Shown here piece after piece: positions 1 through 12,400 of a stretch of DNA of 64,000 bases. Location: contig NW_015175367.1 in NCBI RefSeq assembly GCF_001447785.1, forward strand, positions 901,369 to 965,368, in the 5' to 3' direction. The first letter of the stretch is position 1, and each line of letters starts with the position of its first letter. A program made the translations under genes and the position numbers. The notes beneath the pieces are model-generated. The model ran no database searches, was not told where the DNA came from, and saw only the letters and a program-made list of their open reading frames with translations. The DNA is from Gekko japonicus. Lineage: Eukaryota.

Positions 1-206
1 ACCACTGCTTTGGCCCTGTCTCTCTTCAACAGAATTCACAATCATTTACATTTAAGTTTACAATATTAGTCAAAGTCTTTATGAGTTTATTTAGTGAATT
101 CTATATTTATTTATTCAGTTTATACCCCACTCTCCCTGCCATGCCAGGCTCATATATGTGTAATTAAACCTTTAATTGAGTCAAAAATACAAACTGCTAA
201 TCATAC

Positions 207-1757
207 CTGAGGAGACAATTTCCTTGGGTGTGAGAACAGTCAGGTATGAAACATTTACCAGCAAGTAAAATGCAGTCACTGAAGGAAGTGCAGTCATCAC
301 AGTCCTGGGAATATTTTTGCTTGGGTTTTTCATCTCCTCTGGAATATAAAATTTAGAAGGCACTATCACACAAATACTGTCTATATACCTTATAGAGGAG
401 CAGATGTCAGCTTCATGCAGAGACCTGATACAAACAGGGACTACGGCAGATTCTCTAGTCTCCAACACAGCCTTTTTGAGGACCTTTTTCTGGAACTGAA
501 AATAATGTGGTACGAGGATATCTGCTACAGAAAACTGGTATGTGAGCGTTGAAACTGTGGATCATGGCCATGACTGAAAGAAGGTACATAACTACAGGTA
601 TGTATCTTAGGTCTTGAATCTTACAGTACACTTGGATCAGACATCAAGAAAACATGCTTCTACTTGGATTTCTGATAGTGCTAACATGGAAAAAAAAGGC
701 TTGGTTACAAAATTTATCTGTCAATGAAATGAATACAGTTTAAGCTCTGGAATTATTAGAAATAGCTCTTCAGCACAATGAATAACAGACACATTCTCCC
801 ATGCAAAAGATAAAATATCTTACAAAACATATAAATGTACAGCTTGTAAAAAACTACAAGAATAGTTTCTCGTGGCCTAAACTCACCCTGAATTGGCCTA
901 ACATGGACTACTCTGCACAATTATTAAGTCTGTGGTGAAGGCAGGCATTTAGCCAGCACCTGGCAGGTAGCTCTATTTCAGTAGGGTTTAGATAAATAAA
1001 TGTGGTTGCCCCTAAGCAGAAAGAAAAGGAGAGTTATACCTGCCATATAATTGAGAGACCACCAGCCACCATATGCATACAGTCCTTGGAAAAAGGCTTC
1101 TGCGATCTGACCAGCATCTGGAATCTCTCCACTGAAAGCATTTTCAAATCTTGCTACATTCTCTTTCCTCCCTCGTATCAGTAGGACAATCCCGCTAATT
1201 GCAATTACAGACAAAGCCATCATTTTCAGTATGGTAAAAATAGTCTGCACCCAAGCAGCCATCTTGACACTTCGGCCGTTGAGGATCCCAAGAAACCAGA
1301 GAACAGCCAGAGCTAAACCTTTCTTCAGCAGTTCTGGAGCCTGGCACTCACCGAAGAAAGGCTGGATTGCGTACTCAGCGAACAGCAAGGCCCGAGCGGC
1401 ATTCGATGCCGGTTTATTGAACAGAGCTGTCCACATAAAAATAAAAGCAAGAGGAGAGCCAAGGGCTCTCTTTATGTGGCTGTATTCTCCTCCTGACAAT
1501 GGTAAAGCAGTGCCTAGCTCTGCATAACAGAGAGCACCCATCAGAGATATCACACCACAGATCATCCAGATGATCAAGGCAACACCAACGTTGAGTAAAG
1601 AGTACTGCAGTACCCCTGTAGGGGATACAAAGATCCCTGCTCCTACAATCGTACCCATTATAAAGCTAACCCCTTCAAAATATCCAATGGTTTTTTTGAG
1701 CCGCATCTCACTGTCTTCATTTCCTCCTTTGGCTGGATCACAAAGGTTCTTCCCCAT
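207..1757 (-). CDS. SLC7-family heteromeric amino-acid transporter light chain, SLC7A12(Asc-2)/SLC7A13(AGT1)-like; first two coding exons, gene continues beyond the left edge
   Basis: Exon 1 is 1757-1040 (MGKNL...GTIVGAGIFVSPTGVL...ALCYAELG...GGEY...PFFGEC...GLYAYGGW, donor G|GTATAA). Exon 2 is 338-207 (EEMKNPSKNIPR...YLTVLTPKEIVSS, acceptor ttccag, donor G|GTATGA). Phases 1/1 agree. APC/LAT motifs and the extracellular Cys after TM3 used for heavy-chain linkage are present. The very large first exon fits the SLC7A13/Slc7a12 clade; exact ortholog not resolved. Confidence 0.88.
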
Positions 1758-1905
1758 GTTTCCTTCTCCTGCTGTTTTTCAGACGAGAACAGTTAAAAAC
1801 CTGACGATTATTATTTGTTGCCTCCTTACTTCAGTGCAGGGAATTTTTGCAAGGTCATTACAAACAGATTATCCTTTTACCTTTAACAAGCAAGGTTCTC
1901 AAAGT

Positions 1906-1918
1906 GCTAATGATTAAC
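1906..1918 (-). promoter_or_regulatory. HNF1 binding site in the putative proximal promoter of the SLC7 gene
   Basis: GTTAATCATTAGC on the minus strand has one mismatch to the HNF1 consensus GTTAATNATTAAC and lies ~150 bp upstream of the ATG. A CAAGGTCA nuclear-receptor half-site lies at ~1850. Confidence 0.55.
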
Positions 1919-3456
1919 TATATGTCTCCTTAAAAGTAATTTGCCTGTCTTTGAAAATGACAATTTGATCAGCATTCTCAAAGTGTTTCTGTTGAGAAAA
2001 TATAAAATGGAGCACTCTGTTTAGGTTGTACAGAAGACAGAAATCCAACAGTACTCCAGGCAGATGATTACAGACCATAATGATGATGATTAATCACCAT
2101 TATTTATGTAGCGCTTTTCACATGAAAAAGAATTTAGATTGTCTTTATTCTGTTTGTGTTCACAGTTCCTCTGACTGATGCAGTTGTGCCAACATGCTCC
2201 TCGTTTTTAGAGGAAGTTGCTTCCAGTTTACCTTATTGATTTTAATAGGCTTAAACTGAAGTCACTCTGCATAGGATTGCCCTGTGTTATTTCCAGATAG
2301 TTAAAGAGACCATCTGCAACAAAGCAGAAAGTGAACTAGGCACTTCTGTCATTTCTAAGACATGTGGCATTCCAGTCTCATTGTTCAGTCCTGGCTATAC
2401 AACTGCCACAAAACCCAACTGGTTTATGAATCAAGGCCAGAACTTTTAAATTCTCAAGGCAAAGATCAGCTATATTCTTCAACAATGAAAAAAAAATTCA
2501 GTTCCAACAAGGCATACAATTAGATATATAAGAAAATAAAAGCAACATAAAATGCCATTTCACTCACACAATGCCAAGGTTAGATTATGAATACTACAAC
2601 ATGGAAAAATAAATACATTACTTAATTACAGTATCATTGATCTGCATCCCATGAAGGACAGGCTAGAGTCTCCAACCTCTCTCATCATCCATTATAAATA
2701 ACAATCTGTTCCAGCCTCTTTTCACAGAGAATCACACCTGGAAAATTTATGATGGGATTCACACCAAGCCTCTCTCTGCCCAACTCCCCACTTTCCCCCT
2801 CTCCTCCTGTAATTTTCTTTATAAGTATGTGGAAAATGGTTTCCTCTTGACAGCATCTGAAGAAGTAACCTCTGACACAAAAAAGATTATGCTGAAATAA
2901 ACACTGTTAGTCATAAAGGTGGCACTGGAATCAACATACTTTCCACAAGCAGAATCTATTCCATCTACATTACAAGGCTGAATCTTTCCGCGTACACTTT
3001 CTGTCAGTAGAAACTTAACTTTTGCTAGAAAACTCTTTTTCCAATTACAAATTGTTGTCAAAATGTCTGATGTAAGAGGAGGCAGACTGGCAAACAAGTT
3101 TATACAATCAGTCCTGTCTCCAAAAATATATGCATACCTTGGGATGGGAAGACAAGTGCTAAACTGAGTGTTAAATAAATAGTTTGAACCCACAGTAATG
3201 TCATAATTGAACTGGTGCTATTCATGCTTTCCCAGTACAGGATCGATGTTCCAATGAATAGACACCTATTACATATGCCCAGCATATCAGTTCTATATCA
3301 AATAATAGCCATGGGAAGCACAATTATTAAAACAAAGAGATATTACCTTATTTTACCCATGAGTGCATTAATCCCCCCAAAAGCCCCCCCCTATCAGGAC
3401 ACAATAAAACCTAAAATACAGAAGCCTATAAAACTGAAGAAGAAAATATCCTTCTA

Positions 3457-4958
3457 CTAGCCTGATACCCGTGCTTCGCTACGGTATTTAAGTTCCATAA
3501 ATCCAGTTATAATACTGATGATGTAAAGTTTGAAATGTAACATTTGTTGTAGGAATACTAATGGAGAAGACTGTAGTGTAAAAAATGAAGTGAGACATAT
3601 GTACTTTTTCTCTCTCTACTGAAGGACCTCTCTGTAGACCGCTGGGGCGGGCTCACTCATGGCTTTAAGCACCCTGCAACCGCTGCTGCACCTGACAGAT
3701 AACCACCTGTTAGGTGTAGGAGGTGGGGTAGTGTGTTGGAAGCCATCAGAGAGGTTGGGCCAGCAACATCGCTAAGGTGACCCTGCTGGGGCGGTGTCCT
3801 TGATGAATTAAAGTACCCTGGTCCTGCTCCTACACCTAACAGACACCCGCCTGTCTGGTGTTGGGGGGATTATGTTTAAAGGCATCAGGGAGACTGGGCC
3901 AGCAGCAGGGCTAAGGCAATCTTGCTGAGCAAACCTTCCAGCGGCTATAAGCATCACACCTCCTCTCCTACATCTTACAGGCAGCTGCCTGTCCAGTGTA
4001 GGAGGGGGGAGGAGTATTAGAAGTCACTGTGGAGGCAGGGCTGACAGGATCACTAAGGCATTACTGCTGGGGTGGGCTCCCTCGTGGCCTTAAGCACCCT
4101 GCAACCGCTGCTGCACCTGACAACCACCTGTTAGGTGTAGGAGGTGGGGGGAGTATGTTGGAAGCCATCAGAGAGGTTGGGCCAGCAACATCGCTAAGGT
4201 GACCCTGCTGGGGCGGTGTCCTTGATGAATTAAAGTACCCTGGTCCTGCTCCTACACCTGACAGATACCCGCCTGTCTGGTGTTGGGGGGGATTATGTTT
4301 AAAGGCATCAGGGAGGCTGGGCCAGCAGCAGGGCTAAGGCAGTCTTGCTGAGCAAACCTCCCCAGTGGCTCTAAGCATCTTATCTCCTCTCCTACACCTG
4401 ACAGGCCTGTCCAGTGTAGGAGGGGGAGGAGTATTAGAAGCCACTGTGGAGGTAGGGCTGGCAGGATCACTAAGGTGTTACTGCTAGCGCAGGCTCCCTC
4501 ATGTCTTTAAGCACCCTGCAACTGCTGCTGTGCCTGACAGACAACTGCCTGTCAGGTGTAGGAGGGGGGGAAGCATGTTTGAAGCCATAGGGAGGCTGGG
4601 CCAGCAGTTTTACTTCACCTCACAGGCGGCCGGCCACTCCTGATTTCCCCAACTGTCATTAGCTCTCTGTAGTCCCCTGTAACTGTTTTTTTTTTTTAAC
4701 CTCAGAACACTGAGCTCTGCAGCTGACCAGAGAGTGGGAGGTACAAGGAGGCAGCAACCTAGCAACTGCATAGGAATCAATGGGGGGAGCACATTTTACC
4801 CCATTTGACCCCCTTAGGGGTCGAATTTCTAAAAATCCTTCTTTGTGAGCACCTACGTCACAGTAGGAGCTTTCTCCCCGAGTTTGGTGTTTCCAGGTCC
4901 AGTGGTTTGGCCTGGGCATTGATTTTATGGTGAGGGGACTTACTTTTATATATACAGA
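3457..4958 (-). mobile_element. Non-autonomous Helitron (1.5 kb) containing a tandem hairpin array
   Basis: The minus strand starts A|TCTGTATATATAAAAG at 4958 and ends ACCGTAGCGAAGCACGGGT (hairpin)-ATCAGG-CTAG|T at 3457. These are the canonical 5' TC, 3' hairpin plus CTAG, A|T insertion site and no TSD. Confidence 0.85.
3640..4607. repeat. Tandem array of ~7 x ~140 bp monomers with trimeric (~420 bp) higher-order repeat
   Basis: The anchor CTAAGG recurs at 3772, 3911, 4053, 4194, 4334 and 4470. Monomers three apart are near-identical, e.g. 3771-3910 versus 4193-4333. Confidence 0.9.
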
Positions 4959-5980
4959 TGAATAAGGTCTTTGTCAGTGATTGTCAGCCATGCAAAGAAA
5001 TTTTGGTTGATTAATTGTATATATAAATTGGTTAACTAATTAATTACATAAGCACAATTGCACGTTATATATATAAAATCTGCAATTGTGCTTAGGTAAA
5101 AAACAATAGATTTTGATCTTAAAAATATTTCTTTGGTTTGTAGCATGTGTATATATCATAACAGACACTATACTAGAAGGGGCATTCCCTATGTGAGATG
5201 TCACTGGCAATGTGCAGTTTTTGTAAGTGCTAATATTGAACATAATTAACTTTAAAAAAATAGATTGCCTTATCAGGAATTCCTTTGGGGATGCTAAAAA
5301 CCTTTCATGAGCTTTTTAATTGATTAATTTCCCAAAAGCTTAGGCCCCAGTCAGTGCATTGTCATTTCTTTTTTGTCCTCTGTTTTATGGCAGTGTTGCT
5401 CTGTGAAAAGGCCCAGACTTGTGTGGATGAGATGCTTGAAGTAAGCACAAAGGAAGTTAAACTCATGGAAAGTCCATGGGTACAAACTCTTGACAGTATT
5501 CTGTGAGTTCCTAGACATTACAACGCTGGATAGAAAAAATAAAATGTCAAGGTGTCCAATTATAAGTCATCTTTTGACATCAAGACACCTGGGTTTCCTA
5601 TAAATACCAATGAAATTATATTTGGTTTAAGTAACTCAGAACAAATATGGATTCAGCAGGTATACTGGGTATCAAGAAATAAAGCAAAGCATGCCAGCAA
5701 ACAATATATATTGGATTACTCATATTGACATTCTTTGGTTCCTCTCTTCAGACAATTTATTTAACCAGACATATTGTTGTAATATTTACTGTCTGCTTTA
5801 TTGATTTAGAAAGTGGCCTCTTCTTGGAATCTCAACAAGGATTTCCATCTGTCTCATTGTAAAGAGCTACAAATACCATCTGCTACATTATGCTCCTTCC
5901 TGAACTGTTTTTCTTGGAAGATGGTGTACACTACAGGCTAAGGCTTTATTTCTTTTTTACTACTGTTAAACTCCAAGTTG

Positions 5981-6212
5981 TAGGGTTGCCAACCTCCAGG
6001 TAGAAAATTACAATTTATCTCCAGATTGCATACATCACATTTATTTATTATTTAAAACGTTTATTCCACTTTTCCTGGAGAAAAGGGCTGATTTGGAAGG
6101 TGGGCTGCATGGCATTATATCCTACCGAAGTCCCTCCCCTCCCTAAACCCCACTTGCCATGCTCCATCCTCAAATCTCCAGGTATTTCAAAAATGCAGAG
6201 TTGGCAACCTTA
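5981..6212. mobile_element. Degenerate MITE with TAGGGTTGCCA termini; a related partial copy lies at ~6970-7122
   Basis: Left end TAGGGTTGCCAAC and right end GTTGGCAACCTTA are inverted repeats. Internal sequence is shared with the 6970-7122 copy. Confidence 0.55.
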
Positions 6213-8979
6213 CCAAGACGTATTTATATAGGCGTAAACATGGCATTTTAAAAAATCCCTCAGTCCCTACACACTTAGCAATTTTAACTGTTAGCCAGGA
6301 GTATTTTTCCAAAACTTCCATCAGCAAGCTATATATATATATCTACACACACACAATGGAATGTGAAGGCTTGAGGGTTCAAATGAACGACATGACACAC
6401 AGATCTGCAGAAGCTCTCTGATCCAGACTGGCTCAGCAGCACTTTATTAAGGCTTTTTTCCTTTCTCCTCCCCCTTGCCCTGTATATGAAAAAGCTACAA
6501 GCAGAAGACTCTAAACTAGGATCACAGGATGTTCTTAACAGAATGTTCTTTGCCCACAGCTCACCGTCTTATCTTTTACCCGACTTCTAGCCAAGTTACT
6601 GCGCACTACTGCCCAATCTCCCTGTGGGAACATAAAATTCCGGGCATGCCTCCAGAGGTTCGCCGTCCACACAGGAATGCAGCCTGGGGCCAGTCTGTTT
6701 GCCTCTACTAAATTTCTAAGTTCCATTTTCTAATCTAGTGTAGAAGCATCTTTTGAGTAACAATGGAGCCAAGCAATCTAGGAAGGCTGGACTGCAAAAT
6801 AAGGCAGAAAACTGGATGTCTTGATAGGCAAAAATCTTTATAACTCTTTGTATCACATAACAAAACCATTGAGTGATATAGCAAAATGACAACAGTAGTT
6901 CCATGTAGTAAAAGATAGTACCATGCTAGTACCACACTGGGCTTAACACACATCTGCTGACACACAGGTCATTTGGAGGGTGGACTTTATGGCATTGTAC
7001 CCAACTGAGGTTCCTGTCCTCCCCAGGCTCCATCCCCAAATTTCCAGTTTCCCAGCCTGGAACTGGCAACCCTATCCCCCCCTCCCAATCCCCTGCAGGT
7101 GGCCAGGGGACCTGGTAACCCTAAAAGGAGGAGGCTTAGAAACCACTACCTTTCAGCAAAATGTTGGTATTTTAAAGGTGTGGGGTTTTTTGATGGGGAG
7201 GAGAAATTGGGATCTTGTTATCTAGGGATATGAGTGCTACTGGAATGGCTACTTTGACTGATGTTATTTGTGCCAGCGTGACTGACCTAGGCTACAGAGA
7301 GACTAACACAGATGTACTGTTTAGAATCTAGAAAACTTATGTTGCAGTGCTTTGGGAGGTCTTCACAATTCATTTAGCGGTTGAAATACTTTCACTAGTC
7401 ACTTTGCCCAAAGCAAATCTGATACCTTCAGTTCAATTCTGAGGGGAAACAGTCCTATAATGCAAATTTTACACATTAATGTAGTAAACTAGTTTTCATT
7501 TCAGCATAATTTACTGTAAAACCATAACTGCATAATCCTCAAAGGTATAATTACTGTCCATTCTGCAGAAGTAATATGCATTTATGGTGGTTTTAATCTG
7601 TAAGCATAGTGCATGTATTTACAGAATCTGTTTAATTAGAGTTTTAATTGTTTTGGTGAATATGCACAAAATGCTTGTTTTCATATGCTAAGTAATGAAT
7701 TCTGCTGTGGCAATCAATGCCTGAAGTGTGTGTCTCTTAAAGCTGTAATACTTGTGGAGTTCAAAAGTTACTTCCCTCTCAAAACCGGCTTGTTTCTCAT
7801 ATCTTACTTTATATGTAATATGTGTTTCAGAATCCCAACTACTTCTAAATAACATACCTTATCCTGAATCAGATCCATCCAAGCCCTCTGACCCCAAGCA
7901 AACCAGCATCGGATAACAGAAACAGAAAACCAGACTGAGCTTCCCGTCCTACCGCTTTTTAAAACTCTGAACTACTGGTTTTGGAACAGGATCATGCCTC
8001 CCTGTCTGTGGCCCAATAAAACTGGGGCAAGCCAGCACTGACATCATGTAGCACAGCACAGCAGGGTAAATATATTTCTGCAGGGTATTGTGGAATGCCA
8101 TTCTTTCTGTTCTCTCACCCACGCTCTTCAGTATCTATGAGGTCACTGAATGAGATCACCTGGCACTTCTGGGTGGGGGTCATGAATATGCAGGGGACAC
8201 TCAGCTCTATATTTCATCCTCCAAGCCTCCAGATGTGTCCATGGTGGTTCTGAAGCCATGCTTTAAGGCTGCCGTCAGGTGGCTAAAACAGAACAAGTGG
8301 AAACTGAATACAGAGAATAGAGTTATAGTGGTTGCAAAGGCTGATGTTTTAGAGGGACAATCCATTTGCCATTTGCCATGGATGAAGCAGGGCTGGCATT
8401 TGCACAGCAGGTTAAGAGAATGGGGGTGCACTCACAGACCCAGCCTCGCCATTTGGTGTAATGGACAGAAATGCCTTCTATCAGCAGCATTTAGTCCACT
8501 AAATCTATCCTCTCTTAGACTCATCTGATCTGGCCATAATAATCCATGTTTCTGTAACTTCAGAGGTGAATTACTGTAACAGCATCCAGACCTGGCACCC
8601 CCTGAAGTCAGCACAGCCATTTCACTTGTAACAAAGAGACTTCAAGTGCACCACTGCCTAGAAGATGCCGCAGCTCCACCCTTACTATTTTCCAGCCTGA
8701 TGAAGAGTTCTGAGGAACCTGAAAACTTGCACACTGCATTGTGCTACGATGGTCTGAAAAAGTAAACTAACGTAACAAAAACACTGCGACGTGGCAGCTC
8801 ATGACAAAACATTGCAGGAAGGACTGCCTTTTATGTGCTCCCGGACTTTCCCCTCCAAACAAAACTCCCAGAATGATAAAAAATAAACAAAGATAGGAGT
8901 CAGGAGGGTGGGTGGGGGAGTAATATTATATCTCCAAGGAACCCCCAAGACTCCTCTCCGTTTTCAAGAGAAACCCTCA

Positions 8980-9420
8980 ACAATTACGCACAGCTATTTC
9001 CGCTTTCTATTTGAACGCAGAGACAGCATATCCTGCACACTTGGGAGGAGGAGCCGTTCTGCCTCCCCACCCGTCTTCACGGTGTGTTGTTTTGTTGTCT
9101 CTCCGCTCAACCGGGCGCTGGGGCTATCATGCGGACGGCTCTGTCGGACCCCAAGCGCTTCTCGCGCACGCCCCGACGATGCTTTCACGACGGCCATCTC
9201 TCTGACTGGCAGTGATTGTCCCGGCCCAAAGAAACCGTAAAGCTTTCTCCCGTCATGCCCGTCGACGCCGCTTACCCCGCCGCAGGGAGGAGGGATTTAA
9301 AGTGAATGGCGGCATATTCCGCGGCTAAAGCTGGAAGGCAGATAGTAGAGGTATGGCAGAGCCTGGAGTAGGAGCGGGGGAGCTCAGCCTCATGGATCGG
9401 GGCATCAAGAGGTGAGTGCC
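8980..9420 (+). promoter_or_regulatory. CpG-island promoter and 5' UTR of LRRCC1
   Basis: Sharp CpG enrichment directly upstream of coding exon 1. YY1-like AATGGCGGC at 9305; ZNF143-like AACTCCCAGAATG at ~8862. Confidence 0.7.
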
Positions 9421-12400
9421 TGAAAGGGGTGTTGATAGGGCGAAGTCCTGTCCTGGAGTCTGGGGAGAGCTTACACGCAGCATCTGCCTGCCTCTCTCAT
9501 CGTCTCGCATTCATTTTTATCCCACTTTTCCTCCAAAGGATTCGGGGTGGTGTTGGTGGTTTTTTCCCCTTCCTCATATGAGATGCCCAGCCTCAGCGTT
9601 TGACATGATGGTCAACTGAGCATGTCCAGAATGCGCCTTTCTTCCATTCCTTGTTTATTAGCGTGAAATGTCAGTGTCTTAATTGGAGGGACAGGCCTTT
9701 GTTTTTGTTCAGCACCCAGGAATATGTGACTCAATGGTAAAGGAAACTCTGATCATTTGCAGAATGATCTGTGTCATATTTGTAATTGTATCTTTGCCAT
9801 ACTGTACTAAAATTCAAAGTACCTTAGATGAGTTTCCTCTTGAAACATTTCTTTTTAAATTGATTCCCCCCCCCCCCAGACTCTGAGTAATCAAAATACT
9901 AGTTTGGGTTGGGGTACAGAGTATTGTATGCAGAGCTGCGGTGGCTCAAGTGGTTAAGACGCTGAACTGCAGACTGTGGAAGGTCAGTAGTTCAGCAGTT
10001 CGAGACCTGAGTTGCCGCATGACGGAGTGAGCTCCTGTCTCTAGTTCTAGCTCCTGCCAACCTAACAGTTCGAAGGCAAGAAATTGCAAGTAGATAAATA
10101 GGTACCACTTTGGTGGGAAGGTAACAGCGTTCCATGCACCTTGGTGTTTAGTCATGCTGGTCACATGACCACAGAAACGTCTTCGGACAGCGCTGGCTCT
10201 TCAGCTTGGAAACGGAGATGAGCACCGCAACCCTAGAGTCGGATTCGACTGGCTTTTGGGCATGGGAACCTTTACAGAGTATTATAATGATGTATGTGCG
10301 CTGTGAAAACCTGGAACGTGGTAAGTATTGTTTAGTATGCTGTGATTCCTGAGTTTCTGAAATAACTGATGTCTTAATGCCCCATATCCTTCATTTGTAG
10401 TTTGGTGGAAATACCTTTAAGTTCAGAACTCCACACGCTCAACTTGCACAGCAACCAGATCTCAAGGATTGAAAGACTTGACCACATGTTGAATTTACAA
10501 CACCTAGATTTATCATCTAATTGCATACATCGAATTGAAGGACTGAGTTCTTTAGCTAACTTGCGGACTTTAAACTTGTCTTGTAACTTGATAACAAAAG
10601 TTGAAGGTTAGTTTGTGGTGGGATTGTGACTGTCTTTGTTGTGAATGTTGCAATGAATGGCTCGCAAACATCTAAACACTCTGTTCAAGAAAGCTCATCA
10701 AACTTGTGCTTTTCAATTTTATTTTATGTTTTATTATTCACATTACTAAGGAAAGCTACATAAAGCTTGATGTTGTGGTCATCAGATTTTGAACATCAGT
10801 GATAATTTTCTGTGCTTCTTCTAAAACCTTGATTTTTTTGGCAGTATTATTTCTATGTCCATTCCCCACTGTCTGTGTAGTGGGGTGTGCATAAAGTGCC
10901 ATCAAATCGCAGCTGACTTGTGGTGACCCCAGCAAGGGGCTTTCAAGGCAAGTGAGAAGCAGAGGTGGTTTGCCATTACCTTCTTCTGCAGAGTCTCCCT
11001 TAGTGGTCTGCAGTGTTCCCTCTAAGCTGAGTTAGTGTGAGCTAGCTCACAGTTTTTTAGCCTCTGGCTCACAGATTTTTGTCTTAGCTCAGGAAGGATG
11101 GCTCCAGAGCCAACTAATTTATGCAGTGGCCAAATTGCTTGCTCACAACTTTAATGCCAGCAGCTCACAAAGTAGAATTTCTGCTCACAAGACTCCACAG
11201 CTTAGAGGGAACATTGGTGGTCTGCCTTCCAAGTAGCAACCCTGCTTAACTTCCAAGATCTGATGATATTGGGCTATACCATACTGATCCCTTCCCATCT
11301 ATGTAGTTACTTCCTGCAGACTTAACTACACATCTGCCTCAGTGAAGCTTATGAGTGCTTTTCATAATAATTTTTCTAAACTTTATGACCCAGTACTCTG
11401 TTATTTTGACTGCAGTAGACTAACTGCTACCACCCTGGAACAGGTAGCTAATAAGTCTTTACTTTTTCTTCTTTCTTTTGTTCAGGACTGGAAAAGCTAT
11501 TCAGCTTAACTAGATTGAATTTATCTTATAACCACATACATGATCTTACAGGTAAGGTAAATTAGTATAAACGTCTAACATGCTTGATGAAGAAACAGAG
11601 TGAGCTGGGAACTTAAATCCTGCTTGCTACCTACTGCAAAGAAACTATTTAGTTGTGTTTATACTTTTCATGAGAATAATGATGGTATGACTCTCTAAAG
11701 CTGCAATCCTAAACACATCCTAGGGAGGAAGTCCCAGTTAACTCAGTAGGATTTACTTAGGAGTATACATGTTCAGGGTTGTGTAAGAGCTATATTTATG
11801 CAATCCAGGTCAAAACTGATTCATGGTCAGTTAAAATAAATGCATTCAGTCTCATCTGAGATCTTTGAGTCTGAATAAACAGTGTCTCTAAAGCTAATAA
11901 TTTTACCTGCAGTGGAAAACCCAAAGCACCCCTGTGGTGGTAAAAAAAGAAAGAAACAACATAACTAACACTTGCTGCCATTTAATAGTGTATCAAACTT
12001 TGCTGCTTCTGCCTTTTTCAGCCTAATCCATCGATTGGTACTGCTGTGTAGTTACACTCAGTGCTCTGCAAATAAAACACCTATGGAGTTTTTTACACGA
12101 AAGACTTCATCCTACATTAAATCTAGTTGAAGAAGGATCCGTTTTTGAATTATGATGTTTTTCCTTGAAAGTGTTTAACAATTATTGTCTAATTATTTTT
12201 CCCAGGGCTGTTATCTCTTCGTGGAACCAATTACAAAATTAGTCATCTTGAGCTTCACGGCAACTGTATAAATAATATTAACCACTTTCTCCAGTGCTTG
12301 ACTGGATTACAGTACCTGACCCACCTTACTTTAGAGAAGAATGGTAAAAGTAATCCACTGTGTGCCAGATCAGGTAAGAACTGTGTTTACAAGCTGCTTA

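Noticed and set aside
3640-4607. CRISPR-like appearance of regularly spaced palindromic repeats
   Set aside because: No unique spacers (whole monomers are homologous), no cas genes, vertebrate context; explained as a Helitron-internal satellite.
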